Assembly: GCA_964413265.1 (NCBI GenBank)
Contig: CAYPRX010000037.1
Span: 140,220-204,219 of the forward strand
DNA length: 64,000 nucleotides
DNA from: an uncultured Brevinematales bacterium
Lineage (GTDB): Bacteria > Spirochaetota > Brevinematia > Brevinematales > JAOACQ01
Direction: 5' to 3'
Numbering within the stretch: the stretch's first letter is position 1; each line of letters opens with the position of its first letter. The position numbers and the translations under genes are program-made. Shown one piece after another: positions 18,924-28,288 of this stretch. Below the pieces are notes generated by a model that was not told the origin of the DNA, did no database searches, and was given only the letters and a program-made list of their open reading frames with translations.

Positions 18924-19244
18924 TTATCTATTTGATAAGAGGAATTTATAAACCATATCTCCAAGGCCTATACCGCCGGATCTTGATATTAATTTTGAAT
19001 ATTCACTGTAAAGCATATCTTCAAAAATATCTTGTTTTAGACCGCCATTCAACCATTCGTCCTTGGGAACAGTATTTCTCATTGATTTGAAAAGCTGTTC
19101 AATGAAAAGGGATTCAAATTCCTGGGATGTTTCTTTGATTTTTTTTTCATCCATTCCTTTATAATTTCTTTTCTCGAGTGAAGTTACCAGCCCGTTTTCA
19201 ATATATTCCCGGGCCCTTAACATACTTTCGCTACCTAATTCCAT
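18924..19244 (-). CDS. flgJ: single-domain FlgJ-like rod-binding protein
   Basis: 106 aa. SQEFESLFIEQLFKSMR...SGGIGLGDMVYKFL matches the FlgJ N-terminal rod-binding domain pattern. There is no muramidase domain. Confidence 0.7.
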   Translation of the reverse strand: MELGSESMLRAREYIENGLVTSLEKRNYKGMDEKKIKETSQEFESLFIEQLFKSMRNTVPKDEWLNGGLKQDIFEDMLYSEYSKLISRSGGIGLGDMVYKFLLSNR

Positions 19245-19286
19245 ATAAATTCTCCCGCTTAATTATCGGTGGAAGATATTTATTCT

Positions 19287-21305
19287 TTAGGGAAGCACCC
19301 GGTCTTTTTTCCCTGTTTCATCTGCAGGCTTTTCAACATTTATGGGTTCAAAGAATAAAAAACCGGATCTCCTTGAGTATTTTTCGACATTCTTATCCCA
19401 GCTTACCCTGAATCCTAGAAAATTCTTCTTGCGAAGAAAAAGGGTACTGTTTGTGCCTATCTGCAGTGAGACACTAAAGTTCACTTCCTTTCCAGGGAGT
19501 ATTTCCTTGACATTATCATTCCTGGAGATTAATTTTCCGGCATCTGTAAGGTATTCAATTTTGAAATTATTAACCTTTTCGGATGTCGTATTTTCAACTT
19601 CGACTACCAGTGAGATCTCTTTCTTGTCGGGAATAAAACTCTTAGAAGTTATTTTAATAACAACCGGTTCGGCACTGTATGACTGCTTTAGCAGGTAAAC
19701 GATCTCTCCCACGCCCAGCATCCATTCGTTTGGAGTGTAAGGCCCCCTTCTTCCAAACATGATCTTATAGAGATCGTTAATCATAATGCCGTTAGCTATC
19801 TGCGAACTTGAACCGTTTTTTAATAATTGTAAATTCGCTCTGACAAAATTTTCTATGGCACTCATCTCAAAACCGTTTACATCCATATTCTGGTAATCAA
19901 AATAATAGGATATGATAAGCCTGTTTAAGTAATTCGAGATAAACGGGTTTTTACTCAACCCTTCAAGACTCTCCGGTATTTTATCGTAATTTATATTAAA
20001 ATCAATAATAACAAAATCTACACCAGCCGATAAAAGCGCCGGAAGTATTAAAGGATTTTCCATCAGCAGCTTATAATCCATTCTATAAAATATGGGTTTT
20101 TTATGACCAGTTTTTTCGACTATATCCCGTATGTAATCAGCGGTAAAATAAAGCTTCCAAATGTAAAATCTGTTCTGTTCGGCAGGTACTTTCATCCTGT
20201 TTCGAATAAATTCGAATTTTTCATTAAAATCAAGTGTTTCCCATTTAGCGGGTACACTGATGCCGCAGTCACTAAAATAATTATCAATAAGCTCTACACC
20301 ATAATTACCGGGCATGAATATATCGGACATTCCGACATATGCGATATTTTCATTGGCCATCGCAGAAGTCAGCAATTTTATGATGCTTTTCTTCCGGTTA
20401 TCATCTAAAATTGATATGCAGCTGGGGTCTTCTTCATAACCATCACCCTTAAAATAAGATACTGTCTTATAACCCATTTTTTTCGTGTCAACTCCCTCTA
20501 CATTCAGGCACTTCGCGTAAACTCCAAAATGCTTTTCCCTTTTCCCGATCATTCCAGCAAGGGCGATTGATTCATTTATTTTATCTATATCCCAGGGGGA
20601 ATCAAGAGTTATATCCTCTTGAAATGTTTTCGTTATTCCGGAGAGCATTATTATGCCATCTGCTGAAATAAAATTAACCCACTCAGGGATGTAATTCCAG
20701 TCAACCTCCTTCCCCTCCACGGATAAGATGCTTCTCTTTGAGATCCTTTCAAGTGAATCGATCCCCATAAAAACCTGTCCCTTGTCGAGAACAAACTTTG
20801 GACCGGTTTCGTTAATTACAAAACTGTTTTTAGAGATCACAGGAGCTTCTGGATTATCAATAAAACCTGAGGCTGTAATATCGATCTTTCCCTCAATCCC
20901 CGGGTTTTCAGGGAAATAATAACCTATCCAGACCTGCTGATCGCGATAATAAACAAGTGTAACCCTGTCAGCACCGTCGATATTCCTGATTTTAGTCCCG
21001 TTGTTGTAGAACTCGGCCTGAATAACTGTATTTTCGGGAATTTTCTGGTCTGCTTTTTCCACTATCCTTGCAAAAAGTTTAATCTTTTCAAATTTTAGAT
21101 AAACTTTTTTATCAGTTTCAATTTTCAACTGATAATCGGTGTTGTACTGCTCATTGAGCTTTGTCAATTCATCATTGTTCATTTCTATTTTAAGGAAGTT
21201 CGCTTCCAAAAACTTACGGATAGGCAAATAAAAAATATTGCAGGCAATAAGTATTACGGTGATTAAACTCAGGAACACTATTGATAAATTACTCAGTATT
21301 TTCAT
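19287..21305 (-). CDS. membrane-anchored extracytoplasmic protein of unknown function (Ig-like ends, possible TIM-barrel glycosidase-like core)
   Basis: 672 aa with an N-terminal TM anchor and SD AAGGCGG. I recognise no motif securely. The domain guess comes from alternating beta/alpha-like sequence texture only. Confidence 0.55.
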   Translation of the reverse strand: MKILSNLSIVFLSLITVILIACNIFYLPIRKFLEANFLKIEMNNDELTKLNEQYNTDYQLKIETDKKVYLKFEKIKLFARIVEKADQKIPENTVIQAEFYNNGTKIRNIDGADRVTLVYYRDQQVWIGYYFPENPGIEGKIDITASGFIDNPEAPVISKNSFVINETGPKFVLDKGQVFMGIDSLERISKRSILSVEGKEVDWNYIPEWVNFISADGIIMLSGITKTFQEDITLDSPWDIDKINESIALAGMIGKREKHFGVYAKCLNVEGVDTKKMGYKTVSYFKGDGYEEDPSCISILDDNRKKSIIKLLTSAMANENIAYVGMSDIFMPGNYGVELIDNYFSDCGISVPAKWETLDFNEKFEFIRNRMKVPAEQNRFYIWKLYFTADYIRDIVEKTGHKKPIFYRMDYKLLMENPLILPALLSAGVDFVIIDFNINYDKIPESLEGLSKNPFISNYLNRLIISYYFDYQNMDVNGFEMSAIENFVRANLQLLKNGSSSQIANGIMINDLYKIMFGRRGPYTPNEWMLGVGEIVYLLKQSYSAEPVVIKITSKSFIPDKKEISLVVEVENTTSEKVNNFKIEYLTDAGKLISRNDNVKEILPGKEVNFSVSLQIGTNSTLFLRKKNFLGFRVSWDKNVEKYSRRSGFLFFEPINVEKPADETGKKDRVLP

Positions 21306-21315
21306 AAAGGCCGCC

Positions 21316-21510
21316 TTATTTCTTTTCCATCAGAGATTTTATGGGAAGATATACGAGGGCACCGACTATAATACCAAGTATGAATACTGCAGGATAGAGT
21401 GTCAGGATCCTGTCGGGATATAACCTGAAGAAGAAAATAACAAAAAGAGAGGCCAGCAGGAAGGCTGCCCCATTCTCTATCATTAGAATGAATAATAACC
21501 GTTTGCCCAT
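21316..21510 (-). CDS. small two-TM membrane protein
   Basis: 64 aa. Strong SD GAGGAGG and a TATAAT (plus-strand coordinates 21537..21542) upstream. It ends 10 nt before the 672-aa gene. Confidence 0.5.
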   Translation of the reverse strand: MGKRLLFILMIENGAAFLLASLFVIFFFRLYPDRILTLYPAVFILGIIVGALVYLPIKSLMEKK

Positions 21511-21611
21511 AAAATCCTCCTCGTAATTCTCATTTTATTATAGATTGCAGGTAAAAAAAATTAAAGAAAGATGATTAACCTATGTTGTTCTTGGGAATAA
21601 AAAGTGTTAAT

Positions 21612-21640
21612 TTGAATAATTATATACATTATTTTATACT
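21612..21640 (+). promoter_or_regulatory. sigma70-type promoter of the response-regulator gene
   Basis: TTGAAT (21612-21617), a 17-nt spacer, TATACT (21635-21640). It lies inside the N-terminal extension given in the ORF track, which supports the downstream start. Confidence 0.45.
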
Positions 21641-21665
21641 TCTTATATCTGCAAAAGGAAATGCC

Positions 21666-22391
21666 ATGAAACCTCTTATAGCCATTGTTGAAGATGAAGA
21701 AGATATTGCCGAACTGGAGTCAATGTCGCTCCTGCGTGAGGGTTATAATACAAGAATATACAGGACAGGGGCTGATTTTCTCAGTGAACTCGAGAATGGA
21801 ATGAATAATCTGGATATGATCATTCTTGATCTTATGCTGCCGGAAATTAACGGAACTGAAATACTTAAACTCATAAAAAACAATCCGGCATTTGAGGCCT
21901 ATAAAAACATACCCGTCATAATAGTGTCAGCAAGGAATACTGAACTTGACAAAGTTCTCGGACTTGAATTCGGGGCTGATGATTATATTTCGAAGCCTTT
22001 CAGTCATGGAGAATTAGCGGCAAGGATAAAAGCCCTCTTGAGGAGATCTTCCGGTACATTTCAGTCAAAGCAGTCTGGAACTCCACCGAATAAAATAACA
22101 AGGGTCGGCAATATCGAAATCAATGAGGACAAATTCCAGGTTTTTATAGATAGTAAAGAAATAAAACTGACTTCGGTAGAGTTCAGGATACTGGTGATAT
22201 TATCAAGGAGAAAGGGCTGGGTATTCGATAGGAACAAGCTTATGGACCAGATCTGGAGTGGAGAAAAGATAATCACCGGCAGGACAATCGATGTTCATAT
22301 CAAGCATCTGAGAGAAAAACTTGAACCTTATGGGTCTTATATCAAAACCGTGAGGGGTGTCGGATATAAGATTGACGACAGGTTTGATTAA
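21666..22391 (+). CDS. OmpR/PhoB-family response regulator (receiver + winged helix), no adjacent kinase
   Basis: Start moved to ATG 21666 (SD AAAGGAA). Sequence features: MKPLIAIVEDEEDIAELES..., DMIILDLMLPEINGTE, ...TVRGVGYKI. Confidence 0.85.
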   Translation: MKPLIAIVEDEEDIAELESMSLLREGYNTRIYRTGADFLSELENGMNNLDMIILDLMLPEINGTEILKLIKNNPAFEAYKNIPVIIVSARNTELDKVLGLEFGADDYISKPFSHGELAARIKALLRRSSGTFQSKQSGTPPNKITRVGNIEINEDKFQVFIDSKEIKLTSVEFRILVILSRRKGWVFDRNKLMDQIWSGEKIITGRTIDVHIKHLREKLEPYGSYIKTVRGVGYKIDDRFD

Positions 22392-22423
22392 AATAATATC
22401 CTCCTTAGCATTTCTCTGTGAGC

Positions 22424-22477
22424 TTCATCTAAAATTATCATAAAATTCATCTTTACTTAACAATAATTACCTAATAT
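22424..22477 (+). promoter_or_regulatory. Pho-box-like array plus -10 upstream of the PHP::GT4 gene
   Basis: TTCATC (22424), TTATCA (22435), TTCATC (22446) and TTAACA (22457) sit at exact 11-bp phase. After 9 nt comes TAATAT (22472-22477). The ATG is at 22511. Confidence 0.5.
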
Positions 22478-22510
22478 ATTGCGTGATAAAAAATTGGGGG
22501 GAAAAATATT

Positions 22511-24955
22511 ATGGCAAAAGCTGATTTGCATGTACATTCAAAATTTTCCAAACACCCATCAGAATGGTTCCTTCAAAGGATCGGAACTGCGGAATCCTAC
22601 ACTGAACCGGCTTTAATTTATGCAAAGGCAAAAGAAAATGGAATGACATTTGTCACAATTACAGATCATAATACTTCTGAAGGGGCATTTTTTTTAAAGG
22701 CAAAACATCCCGCTGAAATAATTATTGGAATGGAAGCAACCACTTATTTTCCGGAAGACGGCTGTAAGATTCATATACTTATCTACGGAATGAATGAGGC
22801 TCAATTTGATGAGATAAATATAATAAGACAGGATATATATAAGCTCAGGGATTATATAAAAAAGGAGAACCTGGCTTACTCAGTCGCTCATGCCAATTAT
22901 TCAGTAAACCGGAAACTTAAGCAGGAACACCTTGAAAAGCTAATCCTCCTTTTCGATATTTTTGAGGTCCTGAATGGTGCAAGAAATAAGCGTATGAATT
23001 TGGACTGGCTCGGCCTCTTGACTTCCCTTACGAAATCGGATATAGATAAGCTTTATGAAAAGCATAAAATTGAACCCTTCAGCCAGGATCCATGGATAAA
23101 GGGCTTTACAGGGGGGTCTGATGATCATGCTGGCCTGTTCATAGGTAAAACTTATACAAGTGCTGAAGCTGAGACTGCAGATGAATTTTTAGACCAGCTC
23201 AAATTAAAAAAAACATTATCAGGAGGCAGGCATAATAACTTTCAAGGTCTTGTTTTTGCTATATATAAGATAGCCTATGAGTTTTCAAAAACAAAAAGCA
23301 GGGCTATAACAAATAATTTCGTAAGCCAGCTGACTGATTTTATATTTGATAAGAAGGATATCGACATCAAAGGGAAGATGGTATTCTCTCATATGAAGAA
23401 GAAGAAAAAACAGACGCTGCCTTACCACTTGATCGATGATCTTATCAAGAGTGTAAAATTCAACAATTACACTAATATTGATGACACTTTAAATCTTGTC
23501 TATGAAAAACTGGCCAACATATCGGATCATTTTATATGTTACTGTATTGAGTCTATCAGGAAAGACCTATCAAAGGGAAATATAGTCTCCCTTATGCGTG
23601 ATTTTTCAATCTCTCTTCCCGGGATTTTCCTTTCAGTACCATTCTTAACTGCATTCATGCATTTATTTAATAACCGCAACCTTTCAAAAGAACTGTCTGA
23701 CTCTCTGAACAAGGGAAATGGAATATTTTCGGATAAGAAAATCCTCTGGTTTACCGATACGCTGATGGACCTGAACGGCGTGTCGGTTGTATTAAAAAAA
23801 ATAGCATATCAGAGTACTCTCAGCGGTAAAAACATGAAGATAATGGCCTGCCTCTATGAAGAAGAAAAGGATGAAAAAATACCCTCTAACGCCATCACCT
23901 TCGAGCCTGTATATTCATTCAAAATGCCGTATTATGAAAGTCTCAGGATAAGGATACCATCGCTCCTGAAAATCTTACAGGAGGTTTATAAATACGACCC
24001 TGATGAGATCTATATTTCAACACCGGGTGCCATGGGTCTTGCAGGACTATTGATAGCGAAGCTTTTAAACGTCAAGTCTGTCGGTGTTTTTCATACAGAT
24101 TTCACACTCCAGGCACAGATTCTGATGAAAGACTCCGATGCTTCTTCAATGGTTGAAAACTATCTAAGATGGTTTTATAACAATTGCGAAGAGATTAAAG
24201 CACCTACAGCTGAATATGCCTCTATCCTTGAAAAAAGGGGCTATCTGAAGCATAAGATCGGATTATTCCGGAGAGGATTCGATTCAGGTTTATTTAAACC
24301 ACGTCCGAATAAAAGTCATTATTTCAAAACCTGGCATTCACTTAAAAAGGGGATTAATCTTCTATATACAGGTCGCATCTCGAAAGATAAAAATCTTGAT
24401 ATTCTAATTGAAGCGTATGAAAAAGTGTTAAAAAAGAAAAAGGATATTAACCTGATTTTTGTCGGTGACGGTCCTTATCTGGAAGAATTGCGTAAAAAAT
24501 TTTCAGAAGAAAGCAGGATTCTCTTTACCGGTGAGATACCGCATGAAGAGCTTCCGGAAATTTATTCTGATGCTGATCTTTTTGTTTTTCCCAGCACGAC
24601 TGATACTTTTGGAATGGCAGTCCTTGAGGCCCAGGCCTGCGGGCTTCCAGCTATCGTTTCTGAAAAGGGTGGTCCGAAGGAAATTATCCAGGAAGGGTTA
24701 ACCGGTTATACTGCAATTTCGGATGATAAAAAAGACTGGGTTGAGAAGATAGAATATATGTATGTGCTGATAAAGACCAAACCGCACCGTTACGGAGAGA
24801 TGTGCCTGGCGTCGTGGATGAGAATGTCAGAAAATTACAGCTGGGACAATCTGATCAGCGACATGTACGAAGAAAAACACAACAGGAGAAACAGCATCAT
24901 CCATATCAAAAAGGCGGGGAAAACAAATGAAGCCAATTTGCAGCCCGTTTTATAA
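22511..24955 (+). CDS. PHP-domain phosphoesterase fused to a GT4 (group 1) glycosyltransferase
   Basis: 814 aa. PHP motifs DLHVHSKFS, TDHNT, GGSDDH. A central hydrophobic segment, ISLPGIFLSVPFLTAFMHLF. C-terminal GT-B fold: IYISTPGAMGLAGLLIAKLLNVKSVGVFHTDF and FPSTTDTFGMAVLEAQACGLPAIVSEKGGPKEII. Confidence 0.8.
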   Translation: MAKADLHVHSKFSKHPSEWFLQRIGTAESYTEPALIYAKAKENGMTFVTITDHNTSEGAFFLKAKHPAEIIIGMEATTYFPEDGCKIHILIYGMNEAQFDEINIIRQDIYKLRDYIKKENLAYSVAHANYSVNRKLKQEHLEKLILLFDIFEVLNGARNKRMNLDWLGLLTSLTKSDIDKLYEKHKIEPFSQDPWIKGFTGGSDDHAGLFIGKTYTSAEAETADEFLDQLKLKKTLSGGRHNNFQGLVFAIYKIAYEFSKTKSRAITNNFVSQLTDFIFDKKDIDIKGKMVFSHMKKKKKQTLPYHLIDDLIKSVKFNNYTNIDDTLNLVYEKLANISDHFICYCIESIRKDLSKGNIVSLMRDFSISLPGIFLSVPFLTAFMHLFNNRNLSKELSDSLNKGNGIFSDKKILWFTDTLMDLNGVSVVLKKIAYQSTLSGKNMKIMACLYEEEKDEKIPSNAITFEPVYSFKMPYYESLRIRIPSLLKILQEVYKYDPDEIYISTPGAMGLAGLLIAKLLNVKSVGVFHTDFTLQAQILMKDSDASSMVENYLRWFYNNCEEIKAPTAEYASILEKRGYLKHKIGLFRRGFDSGLFKPRPNKSHYFKTWHSLKKGINLLYTGRISKDKNLDILIEAYEKVLKKKKDINLIFVGDGPYLEELRKKFSEESRILFTGEIPHEELPEIYSDADLFVFPSTTDTFGMAVLEAQACGLPAIVSEKGGPKEIIQEGLTGYTAISDDKKDWVEKIEYMYVLIKTKPHRYGEMCLASWMRMSENYSWDNLISDMYEEKHNRRNSIIHIKKAGKTNEANLQPVL

Positions 24956-24966
24956 ATGGGACTTTT

Positions 24967-26193
24967 ATGAAAATAGCGGGCATCAACAACAAGGGTTCTT
25001 GGATTAAAGAAAGCGGGTTCAGGGTCTTCAGGAAAGTTAATAATCCGCCGGTTCAAAGAGAAAACATAGGAAAATTAATTTCAAGCTTTTATTATGTCAG
25101 AGAGGATGAAAAGGTCATAGATCTTGCTTCAGATCTGGATAAAAATAGGCATATCCAGGCTGTCGGTGTTACAGACGGCAGGGACAATATTAAGGGAATA
25201 ATATTAAAAAAAGATTTATTTGATGTTCTTGGTAAACCCTATGGACAGGACATTTTAAAACATAAAAAAGTTGACAGATTCAGGGTTACAACCATGAAGT
25301 TCGGTTTTGACAGGAGCATATTGTCTGTGGCAGAGGAGATTCAACCCTTTCTCAGTAAAACCGATCCAGAATTTTTTCTTCTTTACAGAGATGAGAACAA
25401 ATATGCAGGAATTTTCAACTCTATCGATATGATGATGTATTTATCACTGATGACCCAGAGGGATATGCAGCTTGCAAGGAACCTGCAGAACAGGATAGTT
25501 AGAGAAGATCTCTTTATAAATAAAGAAAATTTTAAATTGAGCTGCGCATCCAGTATGGCAAAGGGGATTGGAGGTGATTACTACAGCGTTACTAATTATG
25601 ATAACGGAAAATGGTTTATTACGATATGTGATGTCTGCGGAAAAGGACTTGCTGCTTCGCTCGTATCTACCAGCATCGCGGGGATGCTCAATATTTATGA
25701 TTTTAAAAACGGACCTGAAGGATTTATTTCCAAATTGAATTATTATATATGCAGAACATTTGATTTTGTAACGGCTGCTTTTATCGATTTTGATGAAGAG
25801 AGCGGTTTACTCAGGATTTTTGATATGGGCCATTCGTATATTTATCTTTTCAAATCCGATAAATTGTACAGACTCAAGACTTCTGGAGGTAATATACCTC
25901 TCGGGATACATGAAAACGTTATTCCTGTTGGAGATAATTATAAACTGCAGTACGGCGATATGTTTATTCTGATCACAGACGGAATAGTCGAACAGACAAA
26001 CTCGAAGGGAGAAGAATTCGGCGAAAAGAGATTCTATCGAATTATCAAAACACATAAGAATTCAGAGATCGGAAGGATCAAGGATAAACTGCTTGAAGAA
26101 ATAGCATCCTTCCGTGCCCCCCTTACGCAAAACGATGATATCACGGCAGTATTACTCAGCTACAGTGGTATCTCTCCAACTTCCTCTAAATAA
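24967..26193 (+). CDS. CBS-domain + PP2C/SpoIIE-family serine/threonine phosphatase
   Basis: 408 aa. CBS-like region IQAVGVTDGRDNIKGIILKKDLFDVLG. PP2C/SpoIIE motifs GGDYYSV, ICDVCGKG, ILITDGIVE, NDDITAVLL. It starts 12 nt after the PHP::GT4 stop. Confidence 0.8.
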   Translation: MKIAGINNKGSWIKESGFRVFRKVNNPPVQRENIGKLISSFYYVREDEKVIDLASDLDKNRHIQAVGVTDGRDNIKGIILKKDLFDVLGKPYGQDILKHKKVDRFRVTTMKFGFDRSILSVAEEIQPFLSKTDPEFFLLYRDENKYAGIFNSIDMMMYLSLMTQRDMQLARNLQNRIVREDLFINKENFKLSCASSMAKGIGGDYYSVTNYDNGKWFITICDVCGKGLAASLVSTSIAGMLNIYDFKNGPEGFISKLNYYICRTFDFVTAAFIDFDEESGLLRIFDMGHSYIYLFKSDKLYRLKTSGGNIPLGIHENVIPVGDNYKLQYGDMFILITDGIVEQTNSKGEEFGEKRFYRIIKTHKNSEIGRIKDKLLEEIASFRAPLTQNDDITAVLLSYSGISPTSSK

Positions 26194-26696
26194 GGTTCAT
26201 GTCTTTTAAATGGAAATTCTTCACCGTCATCGAGGTTATATGTAAGGCTTATCTTTCCATATGGAAATTCAACTATCTCGATTTCAACTATGGATGGTTT
26301 TTTAAAATAAGGCATCCTTTTTTTATCACTGATTATCTCGCTTATTACCAGCGGCAGATCGGGGTTATGACCTACAAGGAAGATCTTTTCAGCACTTTCC
26401 GGCAGACTTTTTATCAAATTTTGGAATTTAATGAAATCAAAACCGGGATTGAGGATTTCATTGATCATATAATGACGGGGCTTTATCTCTTTTTTGATAA
26501 ATTCCGCAGTTTGGACATTCTTGACATAGTCGGAAGTTATCAAAAAGTCAATATCATGCTTATAAAATTTCAATAACTGTTGCGCAAACCTCCTAGCCCT
26601 GAAATTTCCGGTCTTGCTTAAAGGACGCAGACTGTTGTCTTTTTCCCAGAATTCCTTTTCCACGGCTTTGGAATGCCTGATAAAACCTATTATCAC
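26160..26696 (-). CDS. sixA: phosphohistidine phosphatase SixA-like (histidine phosphatase superfamily)
   Basis: GTG start with SD GAAGGAGGTG. IGFIRHSKA (RH catalytic motif) and LVGHNPDL. The 3' end overlaps the PP2C gene 3' end by 34 nt. Confidence 0.75.
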   Translation of the reverse strand: MIIGFIRHSKAVEKEFWEKDNSLRPLSKTGNFRARRFAQQLLKFYKHDIDFLITSDYVKNVQTAEFIKKEIKPRHYMINEILNPGFDFIKFQNLIKSLPESAEKIFLVGHNPDLPLVISEIISDKKRMPYFKKPSIVEIEIVEFPYGKISLTYNLDDGEEFPFKRHEPYLEEVGEIPL

Positions 26697-26796
26697 AAAT
26701 CACCTCCTTCTGATAACAAAACATCAAAATTTTAATCCCTATTTGTTAAGGATAAATTAAATTATAATAAATTTTCAGTAAAAATTGCCTTTTGGG

Positions 26797-28257
26797 CTAA
26801 TCGCTTCCCTCAAGGACCCTCTGGCTGAATGTTATGAAATCAGAGATCGGCGCAAGTATCAGTAGCCTGTCTTTCGGTTTGATAACGGTTTTCCCGTTTA
26901 CAGGGAAAAATATACCATCCCTGTAGATGAGGATTATGAGGATTTTCTCGGGAAGGGCAAGGTTCATTACGGCTTTATTAACAATAACAGAATTTTCCGG
27001 GACTTCAACCTCATTTAACTCGCCTTCAATATTGCCAGTCTTTTCAAATTCAATGGGATACTTTATATTTGAAATTCCCTTATCGTAAAGATTCAGAATT
27101 CTGGCAAAAAATGGAATTGTTGTACCCTGTAAGAGCACCGACACGATTACAATGAAAAATACTATATAAAACATATCGTAAGAACCAGTTATCCCGGCAA
27201 GAAGGGGAAAAGTCGAAAGGATTATCGGGGCCGCACCCCTTAAACCAACCCATGAGATTAGCAGTTTTTCTCTGATTGAAAACTTTTTGGTGAATGCAAG
27301 GCTTAAAAAAACACTTGCCGGCCTGGCAAAAAAGATCAGGAACAGAGTGGCTGAAATCCCTTTGAGTGACGCCGGAATTATTTGAGAGGGATATATAAGA
27401 AGACCCAGGCAAAGGAACATGACAATTTGGGACAGCCAGGAAATATTATCATGGTACCTGAGAAGATTTCTTTTATAAAGTATATCGCTGTTGCCAAGGT
27501 ATAGGCCCAGTAAATAAACCGAAAGGAAGGGATTTCCCCCGAGCGTATCGACCAAACCGTATGTAAATAAAACAAGTCCGACAGTCAGCACAGTGTAAAC
27601 ACCTTCATACTCGAGCCTTATGAATCTCCTGAGAAGATATACTGACACAACCGATATTAATAAGCCTAATGCTCCGCCTAACAGAAATTGTTTGACAAAA
27701 AAAGCAAGTATACCTGCCAGATCTATGGAAGGGTTCTTGATAAAGATGATAAGAGCGAGGGTCAGTGTAACTGACATAGGGTCGTTTGAAGCAGATTCAA
27801 ATTCAAGAATAGGTTTCAGATTTCCCTTCAAAAGGACGTTTTTAGAACTTAATACAGAGAAAACGGAAGCGGCATCTGTTGCTGATACTATAGCGCCTAT
27901 CAGTAAAGCGCTGATAAGTGGAAAACTGAGACTGTAATAAAGGAAAGCTCCTACCAGCAGGCATGAAACAATTACCCCCAGAGAAGACAGAAGAATCCCC
28001 TCTGTAATCACGGGCCTGATGTTTTTGAACTGGGTACCTAAACCGCCGGAAAATATGATGAAGGCAAGGGCGATAACGCCTATACTTTTTGCCAGTTCCG
28101 GCGTGTTCAATTTTATTCTGCCGAATCCCTCGGGACCGGCGAGTACACCGATGACAAGGAACAAAACCAGTGACGGGACTCCAAGCTTATCGGAAGCCAG
28201 GCTGCCCACTATGCTTAAAAATAACAGAATGGATATAATAACAATTGAAGCATCCAT
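26797..28257 (-). CDS. K+(Na+)/H+ antiporter, CPA1 NhaP2/CvrA-like, with C-terminal TrkA-C domain
   Basis: 486 aa. About 12 TM exchanger core (FESASNDPMSV, WVGLRGAAPI) plus a soluble C-terminal regulatory domain. It starts 31 nt after the phoU stop. Confidence 0.85.
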   Translation of the reverse strand: MDASIVIISILLFLSIVGSLASDKLGVPSLVLFLVIGVLAGPEGFGRIKLNTPELAKSIGVIALAFIIFSGGLGTQFKNIRPVITEGILLSSLGVIVSCLLVGAFLYYSLSFPLISALLIGAIVSATDAASVFSVLSSKNVLLKGNLKPILEFESASNDPMSVTLTLALIIFIKNPSIDLAGILAFFVKQFLLGGALGLLISVVSVYLLRRFIRLEYEGVYTVLTVGLVLFTYGLVDTLGGNPFLSVYLLGLYLGNSDILYKRNLLRYHDNISWLSQIVMFLCLGLLIYPSQIIPASLKGISATLFLIFFARPASVFLSLAFTKKFSIREKLLISWVGLRGAAPIILSTFPLLAGITGSYDMFYIVFFIVIVSVLLQGTTIPFFARILNLYDKGISNIKYPIEFEKTGNIEGELNEVEVPENSVIVNKAVMNLALPEKILIILIYRDGIFFPVNGKTVIKPKDRLLILAPISDFITFSQRVLEGSD

Positions 28258-28288
28258 ACAATAATATCGGGGAATCAGGCCTGTTTAT

